Shown: positions 38,432 through 46,869 of the stretch, piece after piece | How positions within the stretch are numbered: position 1 is the first letter of the stretch | Layout: every line of letters begins with the position of its first letter | NCBI GenBank assembly: GCA_019638835.1 | Contig: JAHBTC010000001.1 | Location: 6,260-70,259 of the forward strand | DNA length: 64,000 nt | Reading direction: 5' to 3' | From: Fimbriimonadaceae bacterium | GTDB lineage: Bacteria; Armatimonadota; Fimbriimonadia; Fimbriimonadales; Fimbriimonadaceae | Notes under the pieces: generated by a model | Databases searched by the model: none | What the model was told of the DNA's origin: nothing | What the model saw: the letters and a program-made list of their open reading frames with translations, nothing else | Position numbers and translations under genes: made by a program

Positions 38432-41400
38432 GATCACCGCCCGATGGCGAGAAGCCGGCGAATGGTGGCGTAACGAACCGGCCTTAGAGTTCGTGCAGTA
38501 CCGGGACAAGAAAGGGATTCGGCGCGAGAAAAGCCGCCCCTTCGTCTATCCCGAGCCAGGGCAAGAAAGCGAAGTCCGGATCCGTCGCCTCCGAGACGAG
38601 AAGGTGCGTCTGGCAACTGGGGCATTTATTCCTCCCGAATATGGGAACGCTGTCGCCCCGAAAGAGGGAGTTCTCCTCCACGCGATGAGTGGTTTCTCCT
38701 TCTGCCGTAGCACCTTGCACGCAGCCGAGATCCCCGCTTTCGCCGCCGAAAAGGGGTACCGAGCGGCTCTTCTTGCCGACTCATTTTCACTCAGCGGCGC
38801 ATACGAATTCCAACGGACGTGCGACAAGGTGGGCGTCCATCCTCTCATCGGCGCGACCCTTGAAATGGAGAGTGGCGGCGAGATCGTTTTGGTGGCGCGG
38901 AACGCGACGGGATACCGTTCGCTCTCACGGCTCATCACCGACTGTCACCTGAACGAGCCGAGACTCTTCCCGCTTTGTACTTGGGAACGACTGGCCCACC
39001 ACGCCGAGGGACTACTTTGTTTGACGGGCGGCAGCAATGGCCCTCTTGACCGGTGCCTCATGCGCCGGGAAATGGCAGAATCCGCAACTCTTCTTGACCG
39101 TTTGGTGGATTTATATGGTAGGGGCCATGTTTTTGTCCAGATTGAGCGAGCAGCCCTCCCTTGGTCAATGGAAGTTGAGAGGCGGTTGCGAACGCTTGCG
39201 ACGGAGAAAGGAGTGACGCAGGTCGCGGGAGGCCCGACACTGTTCCTGCGTCCTGATCACTTCCCGGCACAAGACGTGATTGTATGCGTGGATTCGCTCT
39301 GCCTGATTGAAGAGGTGGACGGACGCAAACCTCGCCGTGACCCGGCTCAGCCGCAAATCACATTGCCTCCCCGGCGAGAGATCAACGCGGAGCGGTTCCT
39401 CCACGAGTGGCCCAAGGCCGTAGAGAAGTATCGCGACGCACCCGATCTCCTTGCTAACCTTGACCGAGTGGTGGAACTCTGCGATAAGCGAGTTCTGCCC
39501 GGTCGGGTTGACCTCCCACGGGTCTGTCGGAACGAGGTGGGTGTCTTCCAAGACCTTGTTGAACTTGGAGCACGGCGGCACTACGGGGCACTCACCGTAC
39601 GCCACAAACGACGGCTTCACTACGAAATGAAGCGTATTCTTCGGTTGGGTTACGAACGGCATTTCCTCATGGCTTGGGATATGTGCAACTGGGCGGATGG
39701 GGAAGGGATCGTCCACAGTGGCCGCGGATCCGTCGTGGATTCGGTGGTTGCCTACTGCCTTGGTCTGTCGCGGATTGACGCGCTGGAGTTCAACCTGCAC
39801 TTTGATCGCTTCCTCCCCGATGACGGCAGTAAGCGGCCCGACATTGACATTGACTTTGAGGCGAACCGTAGGGAAGATGTACGGCAGTACCTCGTTCGCA
39901 AGTACGGGGGTCGCCACGTCGCTACGGTCGCCGCGTTCGGCACCTTCGGTTCAAGAGGCATCGTCCGCGAGGTGGGCAAGGTGATGGGGATCGCCCCGCA
40001 AAGCATGGCGTACCTGGCCAAGCGTCTTCACGGAGGAGTGACCCCCGAGAGGCTCGAAAAGGCCCTTGATGCTCGTCCCGAACTCCGCGAGAGCAACATC
40101 CCCCGCGAGCACTTTCATTGGGTGTTCCGGTTGGCAACGCATCTCATGGATCTGCCGCGCAATGCCCGCGCCCACTCTTCGGGCGTGGTCGTCTCGGCCT
40201 TACCGATCGCCGATATCGTTCCCGTCACGGAATCCGGAGCCGACGGCGTGCGGATCATGCAGTGGGACAAACGGAGCGCGAAGTTCTGCTTTGATAAGTT
40301 CGATGTGCTGTGCTTGCGTGGCAACGATGTGCTCAGCGGAACTGCCGCGCGGGTCGGGGACGAAGTCAACGTGGATCAACTCCCGATCCACGATCCGGAG
40401 GTGTACCGAACCATGCGCGCGGGTCATCTCATCGGCATTCCGCAGTCCGCATCCCCCGCCATGCGACAGGCGCACATGCGCATCAAAACCCAGAACCTGA
40501 TGGACGCGGGGATTGTGCAAGCGGGGATTCGACCGGGAGTGGGGGGCGCAGTGAAACTGAACGAATACATCGCTCGGCGCAACGGAAAGCCGTTTCGACT
40601 ATCTCACGAAGATTTGGACGAGATTCTGATGCCGACTCTGGGGATTGTCGTGTTCCAAGAGCAGATTGATATGCTCCTCACGAAGTTCGCGGGGTTCTCT
40701 GGGGGCGAAGCAGAGGAGATACGCGAACGCATCCACAAGGACAAGCGTGATTACGCCTCGACCATCAAGGAAGAGGTACTTGCTCGAATTGAGAGTCGCG
40801 GCTATCCCACCCACGTTGCCGAGGATGTTTATCAATTGGTGGCCGGTTTCAAGGGATATGGATTTGCCGAGGGGCATGCGTTAGCGTTCGCCGAGATCAC
40901 AGTGCGCTCTATCTATCTGCAACAAAGATTCCCAGCGCCGTACTTCGCCGCGCTCCTCGATGCCCAACCGGCAGGTTACTACGGCCCCGCAACGATTGGC
41001 AACGAAGCCCGCAATCGGGGTGTTCGGGTGCTACCGCCAGGAGTGAACACCAGTGAACTGGGATTCTTGGTGGAAGATGTGCGCTCGGACCAAGACCCAA
41101 AAATCATGTTTCCCGACGGTGGAATCAGAATCGCTCTTCGTCAAATCATGGGGGTAAGCGATGCCCTAAGGGAACGTATTGTTGATCGTCGCCCTTACCG
41201 CTCCTTTTATGATTTTGTGGCACGCGCCGAACCCGATCGCGATGAGTTAGAAAACCTGATCCTCTGCGGAGCACTGGACGAGATGCATACCAATCGGAGG
41301 GCGATGATGTGGGCGATCCCGCCTGCCTATGAGTATGCGGCGCAGGTAAGGGGACAAGCGGGCAGGCTCCCCTTCGAGATCGTCTCCCCGGACCTGCCCA

Positions 41401-41864
41401 GTGGAGTAGAGGACTTTGACGCCTTCGACCGGGCGGTGCATGAGCGACGCATCCTGGGGATGGATGTTGCTCACCATATGGTTGCCTTTGAGCGTGAACG
41501 AATTCGAGCCAAAGGGGGAGTGACGGCCGCCGAGGCCTCTAACCATCGCCCCGGCAAAGAGTTGCTGGTGGTGGGGAACCCGATACGCCTCCGCTTCCCG
41601 CCGACCCAAAGCGGGCGAAGGGTGCTTTTCTTTGATCTGGAGGACGAAACCGGGCTCCTCAACGTGACTTGTTTCGATGACACCTACCAACGCTATGGCC
41701 ACCATGTGGTCTGCAACCCTTATGTGGCTTTGCGGGGGCAAACCGAAGACCGTGACGGTCATCTGTCCTTCATCTGTGACCGGATATGGACGTATCGCCC
41801 CGCTTGCTATTCCTCAGCGGTGCCGGTGCTTCCCCTAGTGACGGCGGACTTCCTGATGTCCTAG
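38412..41864 (+). CDS. dnaE2: error-prone DNA polymerase III alpha-like subunit
   Basis: 1150 aa. The PHP domain starts around residue 88 (LLHAMSGFSFCRS), followed by the polymerase core (DIDIDFE, GRGSVVDS) and OB fold. Pairing with imuB supports the assignment. An alternative in-frame GTG start lies at 38604. Confidence 0.9.
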   Translation: MPPDGPEITARWREAGEWWRNEPALEFVQYRDKKGIRREKSRPFVYPEPGQESEVRIRRLRDEKVRLATGAFIPPEYGNAVAPKEGVLLHAMSGFSFCRSTLHAAEIPAFAAEKGYRAALLADSFSLSGAYEFQRTCDKVGVHPLIGATLEMESGGEIVLVARNATGYRSLSRLITDCHLNEPRLFPLCTWERLAHHAEGLLCLTGGSNGPLDRCLMRREMAESATLLDRLVDLYGRGHVFVQIERAALPWSMEVERRLRTLATEKGVTQVAGGPTLFLRPDHFPAQDVIVCVDSLCLIEEVDGRKPRRDPAQPQITLPPRREINAERFLHEWPKAVEKYRDAPDLLANLDRVVELCDKRVLPGRVDLPRVCRNEVGVFQDLVELGARRHYGALTVRHKRRLHYEMKRILRLGYERHFLMAWDMCNWADGEGIVHSGRGSVVDSVVAYCLGLSRIDALEFNLHFDRFLPDDGSKRPDIDIDFEANRREDVRQYLVRKYGGRHVATVAAFGTFGSRGIVREVGKVMGIAPQSMAYLAKRLHGGVTPERLEKALDARPELRESNIPREHFHWVFRLATHLMDLPRNARAHSSGVVVSALPIADIVPVTESGADGVRIMQWDKRSAKFCFDKFDVLCLRGNDVLSGTAARVGDEVNVDQLPIHDPEVYRTMRAGHLIGIPQSASPAMRQAHMRIKTQNLMDAGIVQAGIRPGVGGAVKLNEYIARRNGKPFRLSHEDLDEILMPTLGIVVFQEQIDMLLTKFAGFSGGEAEEIRERIHKDKRDYASTIKEEVLARIESRGYPTHVAEDVYQLVAGFKGYGFAEGHALAFAEITVRSIYLQQRFPAPYFAALLDAQPAGYYGPATIGNEARNRGVRVLPPGVNTSELGFLVEDVRSDQDPKIMFPDGGIRIALRQIMGVSDALRERIVDRRPYRSFYDFVARAEPDRDELENLILCGALDEMHTNRRAMMWAIPPAYEYAAQVRGQAGRLPFEIVSPDLPSGVEDFDAFDRAVHERRILGMDVAHHMVAFERERIRAKGGVTAAEASNHRPGKELLVVGNPIRLRFPPTQSGRRVLFFDLEDETGLLNVTCFDDTYQRYGHHVVCNPYVALRGQTEDRDGHLSFICDRIWTYRPACYSSAVPVLPLVTADFLMS

Positions 41865-42478
41865 CTCTCAGGGATTCCGTAAGTCGGCGGAACGACCTCG
41901 CTTGGAGTATACGGATCAGGGGCGAACGGGTTTGCTGTGAGCACCCAAAGGTAGAAGATTGTAAAGAGAACGCCCGCGATCAGGCCGAACCACGCCCGCC
42001 CAATTCCAGTCTTACTCGGGTTAGCCTGACAATCCCGGATAGCCAAGTAACCGACAATAATCGCAAACGGAGCGGCAATTCCAATCATTGAGAAGATGCC
42101 GAGGTAGCCCGCCGCGATCGCGAGGCCGCTGGGGTTTACCGGAATCACAAACCGAAGCGGGTCTTGCTTCGGATCCGGCGGCGCATAGTGACGATGCGTT
42201 TGAGGCGGTTGATAGTAGCCTTGCGGCACTTGGAGGGTGGGTTGTGGGTGCGACGCGGCAACGGGACTGACAACCGGAGGCGGAGCAGTGGGTTGCACTG
42301 ATCGCGGGTTCAGGACCGCCTGAAGTTCGGACGCCGACAACTCTCTGCCGCTGGCGGCCTCCTTGACGACACACGCTGCATCAAGCTTGCCGTGGTTATG
42401 CATATACCGCAGGTTGTCGGTGTCGAACGGCCCCATCTGTTGGTCGTCCTTGATCACGTACCACATCCGGTAATCCAC
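41861..42478 (-). CDS. GYF_2 (DUF4339)-like N-terminal domain + Pro-rich linker + DUF4190-like membrane domain protein
   Basis: 205 aa. N-terminus WYVIKDDQQMGPFDTDNLRYM and a C-terminal pair of TM helices. Confidence 0.55.
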   Translation of the reverse strand: MDYRMWYVIKDDQQMGPFDTDNLRYMHNHGKLDAACVVKEAASGRELSASELQAVLNPRSVQPTAPPPVVSPVAASHPQPTLQVPQGYYQPPQTHRHYAPPDPKQDPLRFVIPVNPSGLAIAAGYLGIFSMIGIAAPFAIIVGYLAIRDCQANPSKTGIGRAWFGLIAGVLFTIFYLWVLTANPFAPDPYTPSEVVPPTYGIPES

Positions 42479-42699
42479 GTCCGATTACGCACGAATCCAA
42501 GGCGAATTGTCAAGCCTTGTCGCGGAAATGACACCGAAGCACCCCGAAGACGCCAAGCACGTGGCTCACAGTAGAGCCAAGTTGACATTAGAACTGCCCA
42601 CGCAGAATTACTAGTTCTATTGAGTGCTCGGAAGAGGGTTACTGTTAATAAGTTACAATGAAATTCTGTGGCACATTTCGTGTGCAGAGAGGATTTCAA

Positions 42700-43218
42700 A
42701 TGAAACAGATTCTTACCTTAGCGATGGTCTGCTCGCTCGCCGCGAGTGTCATGGCTCAATCCCGAAGTTCGTTCTCGACGGCATTGATTAGTGGTGTCAT
42801 GACGACGCAGACCGGCAACCAGATTGATCTTGCCGTGGCGGCAAATCCAACCCTTACGGTTGCAGGCAATACATACAACATCACCGAAGTCTTCGCCGTC
42901 TACGCTTTGGACAACAACGACGACTTCAGTGCTACGGGCACGAGCCAAAATGGCTGGTCATTCAACAGCAACTACGCGGGTTCTGGCGGCATTGCAGGTT
43001 GGAAAACCAACCCAAACAACGGTATCACGGACCAGAGTCTGACGTTCAACTTCACCTCAACGGTTGGTAGCGCGGAAACGTTCGGTTACCACTTGCGGGT
43101 GGATGGCAACCTCCCTGGCGGCGGGAACACTGGCTACTTCTCCGCTGTTCCAGAACCGGCTTCAATGATCGCTTTCGGAGCTTTCGCGTTAGCCGCTCTT
43201 CGCCGCAAGCGAAAATAA
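42700..43218 (+). CDS. PEP-CTERM sorting-signal protein (paralog 1)
   Basis: Start at ATG 42700 after AGAGAGGA. Signal peptide MKQILTLAMVCSLAASVMAQ and C-terminus VPEPASMIAFGAFALAALRRKRK. Confidence 0.8.
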   Translation: MKQILTLAMVCSLAASVMAQSRSSFSTALISGVMTTQTGNQIDLAVAANPTLTVAGNTYNITEVFAVYALDNNDDFSATGTSQNGWSFNSNYAGSGGIAGWKTNPNNGITDQSLTFNFTSTVGSAETFGYHLRVDGNLPGGGNTGYFSAVPEPASMIAFGAFALAALRRKRK

Positions 43219-43243
43219 GAATCGGCAATCTATCCCGATATGA

Positions 43244-43277
43244 ATACAACCTCCAAATAGGAGGTTGTATTTCTTTA
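43244..43277 (+). terminator. Rho-independent terminator
   Basis: Perfect 11-bp stem ATACAACCTCC / GGAGGTTGTAT, loop AAATA, followed by TTCTTTA. Confidence 0.85.
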
Positions 43278-43429
43278 TCTGAACGATAAATGAATGCCAA
43301 ATGAACGGCAGTTCACGCATTGTGCAAACGGCCCTGTCAAGAATACTGTAGTTGCCCGTTAAGGAACAAAGCAACCGCATTGTATGGTCACAATGGGTGC
43401 GTTGCGTTCGCTTTTGAACGGAGAGAAAG

Positions 43430-43957
43430 ATGAATCGTATCCTTGTTTCACTTGCATTGGTGTCGGTGGAGGCCCTTGGCTTTTCCCAGTCCCGTAGTTC
43501 GTTTCAGATGGCGAACATTTCTGGCGTCAGCGTCATCCCAGCCGGAAACTCATTGGAACTCGTCGTTTCGGCCAACCCGACTTTGACCTTTGATAATGTG
43601 ACCTACAACGTCACCGAAGTGTTTGGTGTCTGGTCGCTCGATAATAACGACGATATGGTTGCTTCTGGCGTGGGCCAGAACGGCTGGTCGTATCACGACA
43701 ACTACTCGGGTAGCGGCGGCATTGCCGGCTGGAAGACCAACCCAAATAACGGCATTCTTGACCAATCGCTCACGTTCAACTATTCGTCACTGGGCGGCGT
43801 TGTCGAGACATACGGCTATCACATCCGTGTGAGTGGCAACCTTCCCGGAGGCGGCAACACGGCGTACTTTACGCAGGCCGTACCGGAACCGGCTTCGATC
43901 GCAGTGCTGGGGATCGGTTTGCTGGGCTTGTCTCGGCGTCGTGCGCGAAAAGCGTAG
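43430..43957 (+). CDS. PEP-CTERM sorting-signal protein (paralog 2)
   Basis: 175 aa, collinear with paralog 1 (QSRSSF, ANPTLT, YN.TEVF, LDNNDD, QNGWS, GSGGIAGWKTNPNNGI.DQSLTFN, GYH.RV.GNLPGGGNT). C-terminus VPEPASIAVLGIGLLGLSRRRARKA. Confidence 0.8.
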   Translation: MNRILVSLALVSVEALGFSQSRSSFQMANISGVSVIPAGNSLELVVSANPTLTFDNVTYNVTEVFGVWSLDNNDDMVASGVGQNGWSYHDNYSGSGGIAGWKTNPNNGILDQSLTFNYSSLGGVVETYGYHIRVSGNLPGGGNTAYFTQAVPEPASIAVLGIGLLGLSRRRARKA

Positions 43958-43974
43958 TCTGACTCGCTAAGAAA

Positions 43975-44001
43975 GCCCCACCCCGACGGGGTGGGGCTTT
44001 T
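43975..44001 (+). terminator. Rho-independent terminator
   Basis: GCCCCACCCC / GGGGTGGGGC, a 10-bp GC-rich stem with a short loop, followed by TTTT. Confidence 0.85.
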
Positions 44002-44097
44002 CCAATTGTGTCCTTGAATAGCCTGAAAAGCTAATAATCAAAGTCGGTGGGCACTCTCGATACGCCACAAAACTAACGATCTGCCATAATCTGCCCC

Positions 44098-45255
44098 ATG
44101 CGCTTCGCGACCCGTGCCCTCCGCGTAGGCCAAGACCCTGACTCCACCTATCGCGCCGTTGTCCCACCGCTCTATCAGTCCACCACGTTCGCGTGGGAGA
44201 GCCTCAACGACATCCCGCCCATTGACTACACCCGTTGCCAGAACCCCAATCGGCAGATGCTGGAGGAAGTCATCGCCTCACTGGAAGGGGGCACCCATTG
44301 CACCGTTTTCAGCAGCGGAATGGCGGCCATCGCGTCCTGTTTCTCCTTGCTCGAGCAGGGCGACCACGTGCTGATGGCGAGTGACATCTACGGCGGCACT
44401 TTCCGGATGGTTGAGCAATACCTGCCGAAGCAGGGCATCACGCACAGCGTCTTCGATGCGCATGATTTTTCGAGCATTGCCAAGGCAGTCACACCGCAGT
44501 CGAAGATGTTGATTTTCGAGACGCCTACCAACCCCACTTTGCGAGTTTCAGACATCGCGGCGGTTTGCGCGGAAGCAAAGCGTCACGGTCTCCTTGTGGT
44601 GTTCGATAATACATTCGCGTCGCCGGCCCTGCAGAATCCGCTTGCCCTCGGGGCGGACATCGTGGTGCATAGCACCACCAAGTACATCAGCGGGCACAGC
44701 GATGTCTTGGGTGGATGCACCGTCACGAGCAACTCCGAACTCGGTTACGCGATTTACGAGTGGAACAAAGCGTACGGAGCGACGCCATCGCCGTTCGATT
44801 GCTGGCTCTCGCTTCGCGGATTGCGGAGCCTTGGGTGCCGCATGGATCGTCATTGCGAAAACGCTCAACGTGTTGCCGAGGCATTCCAAAAACACCCCGC
44901 CGTGAATTCGGTTTCGTATCCAGGACTGCCCGACCACCCTGACCACGCGGTGGCGAAGAAGCAGATGTCCGGTTTCGGCGGGATGCTCGCGATTGAGTTC
45001 CATGAGGAGGCAGTAGCGCGACACGTCGCCGAAAATTGCCAGATCTTCCTTCTCGCCGAATCGCTCGGCGGAGTGGAAAGCCTTATCGCTTACCCACCGC
45101 TGATGAGCCACGCGACGATGAACGAAAGTCAGCGGTTAGAACGTGGAATTCTGCCGACGCTCCTGCGCTTAAGCGTTGGAATCGAGGACGCCGAGGACCT
45201 GATCGAAGACATCGGGCAGGCGATCGCGAGTGCCCCGGTTATGACTCGGGTTTAG
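44098..45255 (+). CDS. PLP-dependent Cys/Met-metabolism enzyme (cystathionine gamma-synthase / beta-lyase family)
   Basis: 385 aa. N-terminus TRALRVGQDPD...PLYQSTTF and the PLP-lysine context HSTTKYISGHSDVLGG. Confidence 0.85.
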   Translation: MRFATRALRVGQDPDSTYRAVVPPLYQSTTFAWESLNDIPPIDYTRCQNPNRQMLEEVIASLEGGTHCTVFSSGMAAIASCFSLLEQGDHVLMASDIYGGTFRMVEQYLPKQGITHSVFDAHDFSSIAKAVTPQSKMLIFETPTNPTLRVSDIAAVCAEAKRHGLLVVFDNTFASPALQNPLALGADIVVHSTTKYISGHSDVLGGCTVTSNSELGYAIYEWNKAYGATPSPFDCWLSLRGLRSLGCRMDRHCENAQRVAEAFQKHPAVNSVSYPGLPDHPDHAVAKKQMSGFGGMLAIEFHEEAVARHVAENCQIFLLAESLGGVESLIAYPPLMSHATMNESQRLERGILPTLLRLSVGIEDAEDLIEDIGQAIASAPVMTRV

Positions 45256-45303
45256 GGACCGAGTTTTGCCACACTGAATGATCGGCGTTCATTTATCTTA
45301 GAA

Positions 45304-46266
45304 GTGACCGATAGTGCCGCCGAGGTATTCGTTGGCAAGGTTGGCATCGCGGGGCCGGGGCACGCTGCCGATTTGGATATTCTTCGCCAGTCGCCCGCTC
45401 CTAATGAGATTGTTTGGGCGACATTGCTTGTGCGTGATGCCCATCAGGTTGAACAATTCGTCTGCGACGAACTTGGATTTCCGCGGGCCACTATGGCAAA
45501 CCTCCGAGGATCGCGCCTTCGGTCGGGTCTCGTTTCAACGGAAAGCCGGTTTGGATTTATGTTTGCTGCGTTGGACATGAACGACCGTTTGGAAACCGTC
45601 GCCGTGTTCTTCGATGGCCAGCGACTCATCACTGTAGTACGAGAGAGGGTAACGCTCCTCGAAGAAAGTTTCAAAGTGTGGCTATCGGATCCGGACGGAT
45701 TAGGCCGAGACATCGGTACATTGTTGGCGCGCCTCCTTTCGGAGATGGCGAATGATTTGGAACCAGTCTTCGAAGCGTTCCACGAGAGGATCGAAGACTT
45801 CGAAGAAGAGTCGCTTAAGCTTGGTGGCGACAACCCCGGTAAAGCGCTGAAAGAGCGGCGTACATTACTATTGCTGCGCCGCAAGATCGCTCCTATGCGA
45901 GATAATGTTCGCGCGCTTGCTCGCCGCAAAGAGATGCTCGGAGCGCAGGTGATAGAGCAATTGAGAGACCTCGGAGATCGAATGAACCACTTGGTGGATG
46001 AGATAGATATTGGGCGGGAGATGGTGCGAGAAGTGGTTGATGCGGAGATGAGTATGACGAGCAACCGCCTGAATCAAATCATGCGAAAAATGACGGTAAT
46101 CACATCTGTACTGGCGGTGGCGACTTTGGTGGCAAGCAACTACGGAATGAATTTTGAGGTGATGCCAGAACTCGCCTGGATCGCCGGATATCCTTTCGCG
46201 ATTACGCTGATGCTCGGACTCTCAGGTTTAACATTGTGGCTGTTCAAGCGTAACGGCTACTTCTGA
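45304..46266 (+). CDS. corA: CorA-family magnesium/cobalt transporter
   Basis: 320 aa. C-terminal TM pair with the YGMNFEVMPEL (GMN) motif. Confidence 0.85.
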   Translation: MTDSAAEVFVGKVGIAGPGHAADLDILRQSPAPNEIVWATLLVRDAHQVEQFVCDELGFPRATMANLRGSRLRSGLVSTESRFGFMFAALDMNDRLETVAVFFDGQRLITVVRERVTLLEESFKVWLSDPDGLGRDIGTLLARLLSEMANDLEPVFEAFHERIEDFEEESLKLGGDNPGKALKERRTLLLLRRKIAPMRDNVRALARRKEMLGAQVIEQLRDLGDRMNHLVDEIDIGREMVREVVDAEMSMTSNRLNQIMRKMTVITSVLAVATLVASNYGMNFEVMPELAWIAGYPFAITLMLGLSGLTLWLFKRNGYF

Positions 46267-46534
46267 TTCTTGGGCGAACTTGGAAGCAGAGTCGTGCAAT
46301 CGGCATCGCGAACAGAATACAAAGGGTCGCCAAAATGATTGACGTGAAAATTTCAATGTCTGTCACAAAATAGCCGATCTTGTAATAGAACTCTCTCACT
46401 TCTTCTGCCAAAAGGTAAGAGTACGGATAAAGAAGGAGGTCCATGACGAGGATCCATATGCTTGCGACACGGATGAGCAATGCGAGAATGCTCACCCCTG
46501 TCACTCTCGATGGAGTAATGCTAGGGAGTTTCAT
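46244..46534 (-). CDS. small hypothetical membrane protein (paralog B, start uncertain)
   Basis: About 96 aa from ATG 46534, two or three hydrophobic segments, C-terminal ...PIARLCFQ. Local GC is low. The 3' end overlaps the corA 3' end by 23 nt, which lowers confidence. Confidence 0.3.
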   Translation of the reverse strand: MKLPSITPSRVTGVSILALLIRVASIWILVMDLLLYPYSYLLAEEVREFYYKIGYFVTDIEIFTSIILATLCILFAMPIARLCFQVRPRIRSSRYA

Positions 46535-46817
46535 CGGCCTCAAGTTCGCCATCTCCCCACAAGTCAATCCTTTTCCAGGCAACTTGCCCGAAGCAAAGTC
46601 GAGCAAAGAAGTCGGCAAAGACAATTCCAGTGAGTCCGATGAGCACTTGGAACAACCCGTAGGAATGGAAGCGAAGTATTTCAGTCAGAGGAGTCGGAGC
46701 CCCATAAGGGCTGACTGGAAGCGAGATAAGGCTGAAGACGAAAACTTTGATTCCGTCCACGCAGGACATAAACCCTATTGCCCGAATAGCAACGCTGAGG
46801 AGCCGCATCGCATCCAT
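46521..46817 (-). CDS. small hypothetical membrane protein (paralog A)
   Basis: 98 aa, hydrophobic. It shares the C-proximal motif F(A)RLCFGQ with the downstream ORF. Confidence 0.35.
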   Translation of the reverse strand: MDAMRLLSVAIRAIGFMSCVDGIKVFVFSLISLPVSPYGAPTPLTEILRFHSYGLFQVLIGLTGIVFADFFARLCFGQVAWKRIDLWGDGELEADETP

Positions 46818-46869
46818 GCCTCATCCTACCGTGTGTGAGTCCAGGCCATTTGTTAGGTTCAAATCAGTA

